A stretch of DNA of 64,000 bases, from the NCBI GenBank assembly GCA_028023455.1, contig JAQFVV010000003.1, positions 8,928,001 through 8,992,000 of the forward strand, in the 5' to 3' direction. The notes beneath the pieces are model-generated. The model was not told the origin of the DNA. It worked only from the letters and a program-made list of their open reading frames with translations, and did not search any database. Position numbers and translations under genes: made by a program. Shown piece after piece: positions 1 through 13,155 of this stretch. The stretch's first letter is position 1; every line of letters starts with the position of its first letter. Origin of the DNA: Epiperipatus broadwayi. Its lineage: Eukaryota > Animalia > Onychophora.

Positions 1-36
1 GATGTGAATAAATGATAAATAAATGAGTGTTCTAAC

Positions 37-134
37 TTTTTTTTTTCGTATGTCAAATGCTTTGACTGGGGGGCGAACCTGGGCCAGCTGCTTGGAAGGC
101 AGCTATGCTAACCACTAGGCCACCAATGCTTGAC
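37..134 (-). mobile_element. tRNA-Gly(TCC)-derived short SINE / retroposed tRNA, copy 1
   Basis: Minus strand 129-58 reads GCATTGGTGGCCTAGTGGTTAGCATAGCTGCCTTCCAAGCAGCTGGCCCAGGTTCGCCCCCCAGTCAAAGCA (Gly-TCC anticodon arm intact, T-stem broken). It has a GTCAA leader, a TTTGACATACG trailer, an A-run tail and a degenerate TSD atgagtgttctaac (23-36) / atgaggatgctaac (135-148). Confidence 0.85.
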
Positions 135-430
135 ATGAGGATGCTAACTTAATTACAAATGATCACAGAAAACCAGTTTGATTAAACAAAAATGAACATT
201 TGTTAATATAAATAATAACAACAATGATAATAATAATGATGATGTAAATGAAGAATCAAATAAAATGTTTTTTGTTGAATAGTTTCCACTTAAACTGATT
301 GCTATTTATCTATTATACTTATTAGATTATTTTATTGATGTATCTATTATGTGCTGTATGTAGACAATGCACTAAGAAACAAACAGGTTATACACTAGCA
401 CAAATATTGCTGAATATCCTGGCACCTCAC

Positions 431-506
431 TGACAATGCCAGAAGCAGAAACTGGTCTGGGGTTGAGGATATTCTCAAAGCTTGTTAAGACCTTATTTTG
501 CAAGCT
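431..506 (-). other. Candidate internal coding exon of an unidentified host gene
   Basis: Locally GC-richer open frame SLQNKVLTSFENILNPRPVSASGIV between an AG acceptor (508-507) and a GTGAGG donor (430-425). No homology recognised. Confidence 0.25.
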
Positions 507-1892
507 CTATATATAATATAATATTTATTATTTACAACAAAAAATTTACATAAACAAAAAACAGTAATTTACAGCTCAAAATCTTCTTTATGTTAGTGCT
601 GAAAATCCCACAACATTTTCTATTGTGTACATTGATGTTATTTGTAATCCATACTTATTCCAAGTTATTAGCATTCCAATAAAATGATCTATTTTGATGA
701 CTTGTTTTTATTTTTAATAAAGTATTCCACACTTAGCATCTTACAATGTTTAATCCAGGCATTATTTATATAATTTTTTAAAATATCCTTGTTAATTTAC
801 ATTCAATAATTCACTCTGGTATATCACTATTTATCACAGATAAATTTAACCAAAGTTATTTTGTGGCTTCCCATAATATTTATTTTTACTTTCAAATAAA
901 CTTAATTATATATATATGCACTAACTTTTGTCTATTTGTCTAATGAAACAAATGAAAAAGAGAATCTAATTTAAGATCAAGGGCTTAAAAAAATTTATCC
1001 CAATTTATATCATGCTTTTGTCATTATCCTAGATATTATTTTTATGACATTTTATATTGTAATACTTCAAATTTTACTTATTTCCCTAACCAATATCTTA
1101 TTCAGAGCCAAATCTATCCATTTGTTTATTCTATATAAATTTTTTTCTAATAAATTGGCATTCCATGTTGTTAAAATGCCGTTTACAAACCTTTATAAAA
1201 TAAATATTACACAATATGTTTTAAAAATAATAAAATGTAATTCTACTAATCAAATACAAAATAAATATTCGATCCTATTTATCTTTTTTTATATACCATA
1301 ATCAATATTTTAAATACCAGTTTTAAATAAAATAAATGTTTTTAAGATAATATTTTTAATACATTTAATTTAATGCCATCTAATCATACCAATATTCCCA
1401 TATTTTAACAATAATTTAATATTTTATTTGGTTATGTTTAAAGATTATTTTTGAAATGTATGTAGTAAATAAAACACCAACAAATAAATTTATCAATATA
1501 TACTTTATTTTATTATATCCCTAGCATAATATATTCATTAGTTTTATTATATCATCCTTAGAATCAAATAGCCAATACTAATCTTAAAATTTTCTCACAA
1601 AATAAAGAAATAAAAAATTTTGATACATCATCTTTTAAAAATATGCACTGTCATTTTATGATGATTTGGTTTTTTTAAATTTGTATTCAATGACATGATA
1701 AACCAGTTTAATTACTTTTAAATGAAATGATTTTAGAACTAAAAATAAGCTAACAAAATTTTTATGTCCATAACATCACCAAGTTTACATTCAAATTCTA
1801 TGACTACAATATATATTGAGGAAAATAAAACAGCATTAACTTAAAAAAGGAAAGATATAAATAAAACCTAAATAATAATTTTAATTAATAAG

Positions 1893-2620
1893 ATGATTGA
1901 GACTAAAGATGTATATAAAAAGTCATAGTGGGATAGAAGTGGATGATCCAATAAAAGAAGAAAATCTAAATACTATAGGACATATGTTTTTAAAGTCATT
2001 AAAAGTAAAAATGGAGACACCATTGAAAAACAAAAAGTTGATGGTAAAATAGTCATTAGCCAACAATGTAGAAAAAAAATGGAAGAGAATATTGAAAAAA
2101 TGATAAGACTGATAAATCCAAAAATAATAAGAAAATGCTCAAGTTTTTTTTTTCCTCATATGTCATAGCATCGGCCAGGATGCAAACCCACAACTGTCTG
2201 CAACCAACTACTTGCTTGCAAGGCGGTTGTGATGATCTCATGGCTAACAACACTTGACAGAAAATGCTCAAATTGATAGAGAAATTATTAAAATATACAA
2301 ACCTAAGAGAGATTTAAACTTGATGTGAATAATAGAGGAAAAGCTGAAAGTATTAGAAGTTTTTAGCAAACTCTAAAAATGCTGGACACACCATAAAAGA
2401 TGATAAACTTGATAACAGGGATAAAACTACTGCAGCAAACCCTAAAACTGTAATTAATGTTATAGAAGAATTTAAAACTGATATAGACAGTGTACAAGAT
2501 CATAAAATTGATGGGAACTTTGTTCATAGAGGATGGACTAGAAAAAACTAAAATTGATGCAGTAGATGCAAAATATGGTGCAGGAAGTGATATCAAGGAA
2601 TTGCCCAGTGATAACTTTGA
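1893..2620 (+). pseudogene. Decayed coding-like purine-rich segment interrupted by SINE copy 2; identity unknown
   Basis: Patchwork of short open frames rich in K/E/D (e.g. YRTYVFKVIKSKNGDTIEKQKVDGKIVI, IEEKLKVLEV) with stops and frameshifts; continuous across the SINE TSD. Confidence 0.25.
2143..2258 (-). mobile_element. tRNA-Gly-derived short SINE, copy 2 (diverged)
   Basis: Perfect 13-bp TSD AGAAAATGCTCAA (2130-2142 / 2259-2271). Minus strand has the GTCAA start, GCCTTGCAAGCA anticodon-arm remnant, GGGTTTGCATCCTGGCCGATGCTATGACA and an A-run tail. Confidence 0.8.
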
Positions 2621-4659
2621 AATATAAAAAATTGTTAATTAAAGATAATATTATATATAACTTTACAAGGATAGTTGAATGCGCTACTAAGTGACGTTTA
2701 TATTTTTTGTTCTTTTTAACAAATTTTAATTTCTGTATTTTCTAATATTTATTTATAAGTTTATGTATAACTTTGTTATCAATATAAGAAGAGAATTAGG
2801 CATTAAAAATGAAGGAAAAAGAATGTATAAATATAAAAATAATGAATGTTGAAATGATCACTATGATGATGAAGAACTGATTTGGTCATTGTTTATAAGC
2901 AAGGTGAAGATCAAGATAAACTGAAACAACTACAGTTTAAATTTTATTGAATATATTAAAATATTGTATTTTGTTGAAGATAAAATAATAGAAAATAAAC
3001 TTGATTTAAATTTGCCCTTCATAATATATTTATCCATTGATTATGTGATAAACCTACTGTAGAGAATTTGATGATAGGAATTATTTAAAATATTATGTCT
3101 AGAAAACATTATTAATAAATAAAATCTTAAATGAAATTGTTAAGACCATAGGTGATCTGTTGATTTTGATGTCTGTACTCCTTATTGAGAATAAAGTTTA
3201 GGTATTTGTTGGATATGTTTCTCATAATTGTCATAAAAAGATGTTGCTAAGGATCCAAGTTAGGTTTTTATAGTAACTGGAGAATTCATGAAACTCATGT
3301 TAGATGTCTCATAACTTGTCTTTTATATTTGTTGAAACTACCTGATTTAAATATAGTTTTTGTCAAGCAAATTGTTTCTCAGGTGCTTAAATTTAGTCAT
3401 CTATTGATATTTAATCAGTTGTTTATTTTTTGGTGTCTCATATGTTGCTTTCTAACATTTTAATAGTTGTTGCATTCTTGATTATTTCATTTTTTAATTA
3501 TTCTTGAGATTAGCTTGTAGCTGGATTATGTTACAAATTAGATTAAGAAATATGTAAATAACAATATTACACCAGAAATTTACAAGTTTTCAAAAAAAGT
3601 GGGATAACATAGTTATGGATGGTGTTGCCATTGGTGAAGAGGAAACCAAAACTTAGATTATATAATCCAAAATATTTTGTAAATCACATTTTAGGAATCT
3701 TATATAAACTTATTAATATTTTTTGCCTTCATAACAAAAAAATTTATTCAAAGTTATTTTATAGTATTTGAAATATTCTGGAGAATCAAAAAAAAAAAAA
3801 AAGGTTCAAAAATAAAGTGTTTTGTATGCAACTATAAAAGTTGTAATCTCACAATAAGATGTGTTGGTCTAATATTTAAATAAAATTGCAGTCATTAATG
3901 TAAATAACAGAATTAAAAACCTGATTAATGTAGATCAAATACATCTTGTAGGTTTAAAACAAGTTCAAAACAAACATAAAGCAAAATCATGAATACATCA
4001 ATGCATATTTGCTAAGCACAAAACAAACCCTAATGGAAACAAATCAAATATTGTCTAGTTGAAAAAGAAAAACTTACTGTTATATAATGCAAAGATAGGA
4101 GCTTTAGAAAGCAGAAAAATGTGACAAAACAGAATAAGGATTTGGATTGTAGATATAGTTTATATAGGTATAGGAGTGCATTATACATTTACCTCTGGAA
4201 GTAAAATTTAAAAAAAAATTCATGATAAATTGTATGACAGTAAAAAAAAAATGTATACATAAAAGAATGAAAATGAGTTATGAACTTGAATACAAGTTAG
4301 AATAAAAATATGTGCTTATAATGATGTCCAAGAATAATTAATGTAAGAGGATGTCAAAACATGACAAACTACCACCAATGGTGATCAAGTGCATGACCCA
4401 GCTTGGTTGTAATGCTCTGCTGACTTGATTTCTAAATGTTGTTTGAACAAAACGCAAATAGTTCAGTTATATATTATAAAGGAATTTAATTTTAAATATT
4501 TGAAGTTAAAAATTGTTTTTTTTTTTTTTGATGATGTATGTGCCATAACTTCAAAGAACTTTGCAGCAAGTCGTTATGATTAAGAATCAGATTGTAATGT
4601 AGTGAAGTCATAACTTTTTCACACTGCAACAAAACTGGGTAGAGTTGGAGTGTGGAGTG

Positions 4660-4890
4660 GAGTGAAGCCTGTCCATTAAATTATGAAGATTGACTATCTT
4701 AATATATATCTGAGCACTTATTGCATATATGTGTAGAGATGATAATCTGGACCAACTGACAATTGCTGGTTTAGCATGAAATACGGATATTGGTGATTAT
4801 TTATCTTTTCGACATATGTTTTCAAGTGTATCAATGTTATGAGATAGATTGGAGAGTGGTGGGTTGTGAGAAAGTCTGTGCTCACATCAC
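4660..4890. repeat. Dispersed repeat family X, copy 1
   Basis: tgaagcctgtccattaaa...gatgataatctggaccaactgacaattgctggtttagcatgaaa aligns with 38720-38900 (same orientation) and with both units at 32810-33775 (opposite orientation). Confidence 0.8.
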
Positions 4891-6139
4891 TCTACATATA
4901 GTATATTAAATGTGGATTCACGAGTTAAATGTTGTTGGATTAAAGTTCAATTCTGTAACATTTGATGCTCAAATGTTACATGATCTCTGACTGGCAAACC
5001 ATTTAATTATGCATATTTATTAGCTTCTTTCAGTTTTGTTTATTTATATTTACTATCAATTATTAGAATTTTTAATCTTTTTTCTTTTTGGGTGACAGTT
5101 TAGTTTTAAAGATCTTATAACTACTATTAGCTTAGTTATCATGGTTACTATGATATTTCCCTCTTATAGATAATTACTGATACAATTAAAAACAAAATTA
5201 TTTTTTAGTCATCTCAGGGTTTAAGTGCATTGGCATGTAGAACACTTAAAGTTTTTTTTTTTGTTTAGATAACTTTGTTACAATAACAGTTGTAAATACT
5301 TAATGAAAAGATTGAACAAATAAATATTATTAAACTAGCAGCAGAAATCCACTCTTCCTTCTTCTTTTTGTTTCTTTCTCTAACAGTTTTATGCGTATTA
5401 ATTAGTTTAATTGTGATATTAATTCAAAAGCAGTGAATTTTAAAATTGTCCTAATAATACTTGCATAAGTCCTGAGATTTGAAAATGCATTTAATGTATG
5501 TGTAAGTTAAATAATTGTTTATTCTCTGATTTTAGTGAAATATTCTAAAGTATCAGATTTTGGAATCTTAATTAGATTATATATAATAAAAAATACTTTG
5601 GCTACATGACCTAATCGTTGCTTTTTTTTAAATTCTCAATTACAACATAGTCAGTCTCTGATTATATATGTCTTTTTTTCTATCTCTTTTTGTCCCAACA
5701 TATATATAAATTAATAAAAAATAAATTTTTAAGTTTTTTAAATTTCTAATTTGCTTTGCAACCCTGTCGCTGCGATAGTAATACATCATAAAATAAGGCT
5801 GTTGCTACTTTCACATTACAGACTAGCATTTTAAAATTATTTTAAAATTATTTTTATCTGCATTTTTATATTCATAATTATCAATTTTTATCACAAAAAA
5901 AATGAAGAAGGATAGCAAGTTTATTTTTGTTGATGTCTTAATATATATACACATAATTGTTAAATAATGGTATATACTGTGTACACAGTAAAAACATCTG
6001 TTCTGCATATATACAAGTATGTTAAATATATCTACTGTACAATATATATATATGTATTATAATTATTTTTTTTGATGATATATAATTGTAGAATATATAT
6101 GTACATGCCACATATGTCTAATAATATCTATATAATATA

Positions 6140-7390
6140 AGAAAAAAGAAACGTAGGTTTCCCAATTAAACAAGTAATATATTGTCAAATCCGAACTTGT
6201 AAAAAACAATTACCAGCAAACACACATCATCTTTATCTCTGCTTTTCTTACCTGGCTTGATGACAATATTATCACCACATTCTATAAACAATATTTTTGT
6301 GTAACAGATGGTTGGCCCATATTACCACTCGGTGGAATTCTATCCAGTATATACTTAAACCATTTTGAAGACAAACTCCTTCCTAAATACTTCAATACCA
6401 CTCCCAATCTTATTTATACTTGCTATGTTGATGATGTGTTTATCACCAAATCTATAACATTCATCAGCAATATTTAATCACATCTCCAGGTGCATTATTC
6501 TATCATTCATTATTACTTGGGAAGACTCACACAATGAACTTAAATATTTGGACATCCACATACAATGAGATGCAAGTCAACTAAACTACACTGTGTGTAT
6601 TAAACCTTTGGAAGTCAGAGGCTTCACACAACTTAAATGAAACTCTCCATGCCCACCCAAATTTGGAGGTTGTAATTATCACTTATGTAAATTTGAAGTC
6701 TCACAAAACTAACATCGAACAATATTTAAAAGACTTCACTAAAATTGAATTCAATAAAGCCATCTTACAAAAAAGGTAAAACAATTTTACCAAAAGTTAA
6801 ATTCTAACTCTCCCAAAGATGACAGACCATGGCTTTTCCTTTTAAACATCCATTCACTTACTAAAAACTTTATTAAAACCTTCTCTCCTTTTTTCAAACT
6901 AAGTTTTCAAACCTCCTTTCAGCCAATAGATTAATTAATAATTCAAAAGAATGCATACCCTCTGATCAGATTTCTCACACAGGATACAAGATTCCATGCC
7001 TCCAAACTAGTTTCAGTGCCATATACTCTTGAAAATGCCACACATCTCTCTCCACTTATGTCTCTCAATATTGTTACTTATACAAAAGAGCTATTAATAA
7101 ACCCAAATACAATTTCATCTTTTTAAAACATCAAGGTCCACTGATCATATATTTGAACTGTCTTTTACTTCCATTGTATCCATAGAACACCATGACTCTA
7201 AATGTCAAATCAAAGATGCATGGCTTATAGCTAACAACATCTACACTATAAACTGAGAGAAAGCATGCTTTTCCCTTTCCAAAAAAATGAACTTTCTAAT
7301 CCACTTTGTATATCTTTAAAAATTTGTATTCCACATGCTTATACAAGCCATTTGCTATGATTATGAGAAGATAAAACTTCGTACTTAGCT
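6140..7390 (+). mobile_element. Decayed Penelope-like element (RT plus GIY-YIG endonuclease remnants)
   Basis: Frame from 6301 gives DGWPILPLGGILSSIYLNHFEDKLL...CYVDDVFI (PLE RT motifs). Downstream remnants: WEDSHNELKYLDIHI, GYKIPC (about 6980) and KCQIKDAWLIANNIYTIN (GIY-YIG C-terminus). Many stops and frameshifts. Confidence 0.8.
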
Positions 7391-8499
7391 TCACCATTGC
7401 CTGCATTTTAGCACATTTAGACATATTAATATCTATATAATAAATACACACTATGTATTAAAAATGTGTACAAGGGTTTGGTTTGATAAGTATTGGGGAA
7501 AGGCTTGGAACTAAGTAGCATCCTACTTTACATGAAAATTTTATTTAATTTTTTTAGATTTTAATTTAATATATCTGTATAAAATTATATGAATTACAGT
7601 TTTTGGAGGCCTGTATAAATAATGTATTGAGATGATGGAAAAGGTTTATATTTTTAAAATTACCACTTTCTTTAAAACATTATTTAAAATTTTCTTGTTT
7701 ACATTAATATTAAAAAATAATTGAAAAGTTTATTGATTGGGAATTTACATAAAGTTTAAGCACTACATGTGCAGAATTGAGCTTCAATCCAGAGAATTTT
7801 AAGCAGTCTACTATTTTACTATTGCATTAAATGCTCAAAGGTCCATTAACTATTAACTCCATTCGACAGAGAAGAATGTGATTGTTATAGATTATAACTG
7901 ATTTCATAATCTTATATAAAATATCTGTTATAATAAGATATGTTTTTGATAACTTTTTAAAAAAATTCTATTTTGGTTATTATTTAATTATATTCATTTT
8001 GTTTCCTTACTTACTTAGAAAAAAAAAATTACTTGTAATTACTATAATTGATTGGTTTCTATTTAAATCTAATTTCTGTCAAAATGAATAATTCAAAGCA
8101 TGAACACTTAATTATACAAGTCTTGTCCTGTCAGGGAAGGTGTGTTATTTTAGAAAAAAAATTGTTTTAGATTTAGAAAACCGTATATATGTACCATTTA
8201 ATGAATATTTATGCATCTTAATAATACAGACGCATTAGTTAATTAGTTTATGATGTAGTTTAAATATTGTAACATTAGTTTGAATTTGCTGTGGATGAAC
8301 AATCGATGACAGTCTTTTATTAAAAATATTATTCGCTGATATGAAATGACTTCTTCATAGATGAAGTTTTTATGTATAGGTCTAATCCTCAAAACCGTTT
8401 TAGCAAAGTTAAATAAATATTCAATTTTTTCGAGATCACTATATGCTACAATAAACATCCGTTTTGCATTATTATTATTATTATTACAAAATCATTTTT

Positions 8500-10320
8500 C
8501 CAAGCCTGAAATTATGTCTTTTTTTTCTATCTCATTTTATAAAAATAGCTTCATGAGTTTCTATCTTTACATTGTATAGATATAAATAAAAAATCATAAA
8601 ACCTTTATCTCTTATTTTTTTTATCTTCAAATTTTATCAGTTTTCTTTTTTCCACTTTCTACAATTCAAAAATAATTGTACTAACTCACACTTCTCCATA
8701 TAAACTACATCTACAGCCCGAATCCTTATTCCATTTTTGCCTTCTTTACTTTGTATCTAAAGCTTCTGTTTTTGCACCAAATAACAATAAGCTTCCTTTA
8801 GTGTTATTGTATATTCTTTTATATTCTATATAATATTTATTTCTACAAAACTCCTAACTGTTTTTATTTATTTCTTATAACTGTTTCTTCCTCTTAATCA
8901 ACTTAGTATTCATTCTTTCCTCATTGTTTCAGAATGCTTTTTTTTTTTTTTTTTACATATTTATCCCATGTTTTGTATAAAAACATAAAAATAAATGGAC
9001 AGTTTCTTACTTTTGGCTATTATAAAATATTTATTGCCTAATATGTTCATATAACCTAATCAAAAACTATTTTTTATTTATCTATTTTCATGCATATATT
9101 GTAGTCTTCCCAGAAATTTTAATTTTCTTTTAATTTCTATCATTAAAAAGGAAAGTCCTTGGCATTTTGCTTCAAAGAACCTCATTTGTTAGTCCCAATT
9201 TATCATTCAATGCATATGTATATATTTATTTTTTTATATTTTATCTAAAAATTTCTAAATTCTTGACCAATACAAAGTTAATCAGTTCTAAATAATAAAG
9301 TAGGCACTATCATTCCTTTCCAAATAATTTTATATACCTCATATTTATCATATGAGAAATTTGCCAGACTTTTAATTAGTTTTTTTTTTCAATATTTTGC
9401 TTTTTTCTTAATTCCATTTCATAACTATTTATCTAATTTCTTTTTCAATTTAACAGAGTACTTACACAGAGTACTTAAACAATTATATTCCTCTACGTCT
9501 TTAAGACAAAAATCTTCCATCTTTTATTCATCATTTCTATCCATTCTTTTAAATATTAATATCTTATATTTTTTCTCAGTGAGTTAAATTTTTTTTTTTT
9601 TTTTACTATGTTCACTTCTCTAACAACAAATTCACTATTTTGAAAAATGTGTCACATGCAAAAAAAAAAAACAACAACTATATTATTTATCCTCATTGTT
9701 TTGATTTTGGAAATACATAACCCTCTCTGTGTTTCTAATCTTTCTAGTTTAACTTTCAATTCTCTTAGAAACAAAATAAATAATCATAATAATAGTATAT
9801 TTTAACATAATTTCACATTTCACTTTTATTAATTTTATACCTCACAATTGATATTTATAAAAAATATCCCTGTAAATACTTTTAATCATTCTTAAGAATC
9901 TCACTTTTATTTCCATATTTTTATGACTTCTCTACATTCCTTTCCACCTTATCACAAGCTTTTTTTATATCTAAAAGTGCAATATCTGATAGCTAATTGA
10001 ATAAATTATCTGTTTTCTTAATGAAATCCATTCAGCTTCTTTCTCAATATTTTATTCTTTTTCATCCAGATCTTAATCTTATTCAGTAGTATATATGTAA
10101 TTGTTTTATTAATTATGGAAATTATTGCTGCTAATATTTAGCTAGTTTACAGCCTATTTTTTACATTTCTTTACATAATGATTTAATTCTCATATCTTTT
10201 CATTTATCTAGAATTTTATTATTAGTAGTAAAAAAAATATTTTAAAACCATCTTTTGCCTATATTCCCATATCTATTATCATTTCAGCTCCCATACTATC
10301 CTATTGTTTTTTTTAAAATT
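8500..10320 (-). mobile_element. Highly decayed non-LTR retrotransposon (LINE) ORF2 remnant
   Basis: Minus-strand DIALLDIKKACDKVER (about 9945-9990) resembles the RT FLDxKKAYDxV motif; FACDT-like at about 9655; strong strand asymmetry. Confidence 0.5.
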
Positions 10321-10346
10321 TACTTATGAGAAAGGAGATGGAATGC

Positions 10347-10559
10347 ATACTCAATTGTCCAATCACTTTCCTGCTTTTTATTTTCCACCCTTTTTTTACA
10401 GTTTACAGTTTTGATTACTCCAGCAATCTTCTTCAGAATGTTATATCTCCTAATCTCAACTTATAATGTTCTGAATGGGGCAATCAAAACTAAACTGTAG
10501 AAAAAAGCCTGGAAAATAAAGCATTGTAAAAGTAGTAAAGTGATTGGACAATTGAGTAT
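10347..10559. repeat. Fold-back palindrome with hammerhead-like motif in its arms
   Basis: atactcaattgtccaatcacttt at the left end is the reverse complement of aaagtgattggacaattgagtat at the right end; arms about 95 bp. Minus strand 10436-10404 reads CTGAAGA-A-GATTGC-TGGA-GTAATC-AAAAC-TGTA. Confidence 0.85.
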
Positions 10560-11049
10560 TATATGGTATACATTTGGCAATGCAATAAGAAAGAATAATT
10601 TTTAAACATCCCTCACTTTATCAATGTAAAATTATAATACATCCTTTATTTTTTTTCTAATCAATAATATATTTTAGATTTTGCCTAACCATGTAAAGTT
10701 TCCTTTCATATATTTTATTAAAATTATAATTTTTTATCCATCTTTCTTGCACATCCTTTTTAATAGTACTCCATTTATATTTTATACTTTGTCAATTTCA
10801 TTAATATGATTATTTATATCATCTACAATAAATAATTTACAATTATTTTTCTTAAACTCATTATGTCCCTACATAAACATGATCAGATATTTACATATAT
10901 ACTTAAATGCTTGAATGAAAGTGTCAAATCTTGTTAAAGATTCAATATGGACATTATTGATTAATACTCACTTGATCATAAAAAAAAATAATCAACAGTT
11001 ATTTGTAGCATTTTAAGATATAAAAATAGATTATGTTAAAATACATAAA

Positions 11050-11940
11050 TATATATTGTGAAGAATCTTAAAAATATGGGAATAGATTTGGAATTGATAA
11101 CAATGATTTTAAAGGATTATAAATTGATGCTTTTCATATATATATATTTATTTATTTAGATAGGTAGTGATATACATTTAGAACTGGAGTTTTTTGTATT
11201 GGTCAGAAAAATCAGACATTTTTAGATGTAATTTAAACTAGAAAGTAAATATGTATTGAATGTAAATTATGGTTAGAAAATGAGGCTATTTGAGCAGAAA
11301 TGAGATGAACTTCTTTTTTGATGAGGAGACTTAAACAAGATTAAAAATATCTGGGAGGTTACAATATATATATAAAAACAGATTAGTAAAAATAATATTG
11401 ATTAAATTATTTGGAGAGAATAACTAACACAAAATTAATAGATAGAGAATTCATATATTTATGTAAGAAATAGGGTAAAAACATAAATTGTATATTATAT
11501 TTACATAATTATAGAGGTGGATAAGACAATAGACAAATTAGTTAGAGAAAAAATAATGCTATGAAAAATGAATATAAATTAAAAATACACATATGCAGTA
11601 TATTAAAATATAAAAAAAATGTAGAATATGAAAAGATGTGGGACAATAATACAAAAAGCTCATTATTCTTTAGTGCAAAGATAAACCCATTGGACATCAA
11701 AGAATAGAGGAAAAATTGGATAGTATTGAACATTTCATTTTGGAGTATAGGTTATTGATAAAAGATAAGAAAAAAATGTATCAAAAATAAAAGAAACCTA
11801 AAGAGTGAAAGATATAGAAATGCTAGAAAAAAAAAACAAGTTAGAAAAAGTAATTGGTAATTATAAATTGGAAAAGTGTAATAAAATAAAAGAAAATTGG
11901 TTTACTAAAATATATAATGATTTTAGAAAAAGAGAATGTT
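11050..11940 (+). mobile_element. Decayed LINE 3' ORF2 remnant (possibly RTEX-like)
   Basis: KMWDNNTKSSLFFSAKINPLDIKE at about 11630-11705 resembles the C-terminal YDNxxGSxLLFxAR motif; A-rich sense strand. Confidence 0.4.
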
Positions 11941-11960
11941 TAACTTGGCAAGAAAGAGTT

Positions 11961-12115
11961 TAATACACCATATACTCCTTAATTAACACTTTACAATGCA
12001 CTTTTAACATATGATTTAATTCTTCTTGCTTACAGTTTCAACTGCCATGCAAAAAGAAATAAATCATGTTAAAGGTCCATTGGAAAGTGTTAATTAAGGA
12101 GTATATGGCATATTA
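11961..12115. repeat. Fold-back palindrome whose loop holds the 3' half of a hammerhead motif
   Basis: Arms 11961-12029 and 12049-12115 (ccatatactccttaattaacacttt / aaagtgttaattaaggagtatatgg). Loop ttacagtttcaactgccat reads GGCAGTTGAAACTGTAA on the minus strand. Confidence 0.85.
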
Positions 12116-13081
12116 TATATATACAATTAATCAGTGCAAATAAGGAGAAGAAACGGAAAGACATTTTAATATTTCAGTCAAAAAGGAGTTTGTATATTGT
12201 CTATCACAAAAACTCCCGACTTCTTGGAAAATGAAGCCATTTTACATTATATAAATGTGATATAGAAAACTCATGTGAATTTTTTTTTAGTTTAGTAAAC
12301 ATTTCATAATAAAAACATTTCAATAGCTTTCATTTTTTTTTGTAGTTTGCTCTCTTATTTATTTATATATAAATATTTATTAAAATTAGCAAAAATCTGT
12401 AAAATATTAGTATCAAAAATGATATTAATTGTGCTATTTACAAATAATTTTTTAATCCTCTTTCCTTTCTTGTTATCTCTCTTCTTCCTTTCAGTTTTTT
12501 TTTTTTTTGTCAATTTTATAATTGTAATATGCATTTATTAAATTTATCTTCATTTTAATACTAAATAAATAGCAACATACTTTCTACTGAAATAATAATA
12601 CTGTGTATACTGTTCCATTTGAAAAAAAACAACAACAATTTTTAACGTAAATTTTAATTAGTTACTCCAAAGCCAAAGAATTTGGAATCAAAATTATTAA
12701 ATTTCGGAATCAAATTAGTTCAAAAAACAAACTGAATGTGACACCCTCCTCCCCAATTCTCTTTTAACTGTTTCTTAAACCATGTTGTTAGAATATATAG
12801 ATTGTAGATCATATGCTGTAAATGATTGTTTTAATGAATTATTTTTAATTTTACTTCTTAATACTTAAGAATTGCGTGGATTACTTATAGATGATTAACT
12901 TTTAAAATAAAATGTAATAAAATCTTTAATTTTATGCATTATCGTACATTTTTCAAACAATGTTTAAAATTATGTTTATTTTAATTGAAGACTGAATAAT
13001 TATATTATTATTGTAAATATTTTCATATTTTGATGAATAATAATAATAAATTTTTTTAGAACAAATAAAAAATATCGATTA

Positions 13082-13155
13082 CTCATAAGGATATCCAGCT
13101 GTTGTAATTGGTTAAAAATTGTAATTACAACTAGAAAGCAATTGATCCTTATGGG
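13082..13155. repeat. Small imperfect hairpin
   Basis: cataaggat / atccttatg outer stem and gttgtaatt / aattacaac inner stem. Confidence 0.6.

Noticed and set aside
58-129. Functional tRNA-Gly(TCC) gene
   Set aside because: The T-stem has two mismatches, there is no T-run terminator, and the TSD plus A tail indicate a retroposed copy.
7361-7390. Hammerhead at the 3' end of the Penelope remnant
   Set aside because: A GAAG/CTTC stem is present, but both core boxes are too degenerate (TTATGA, GTAC) to call.
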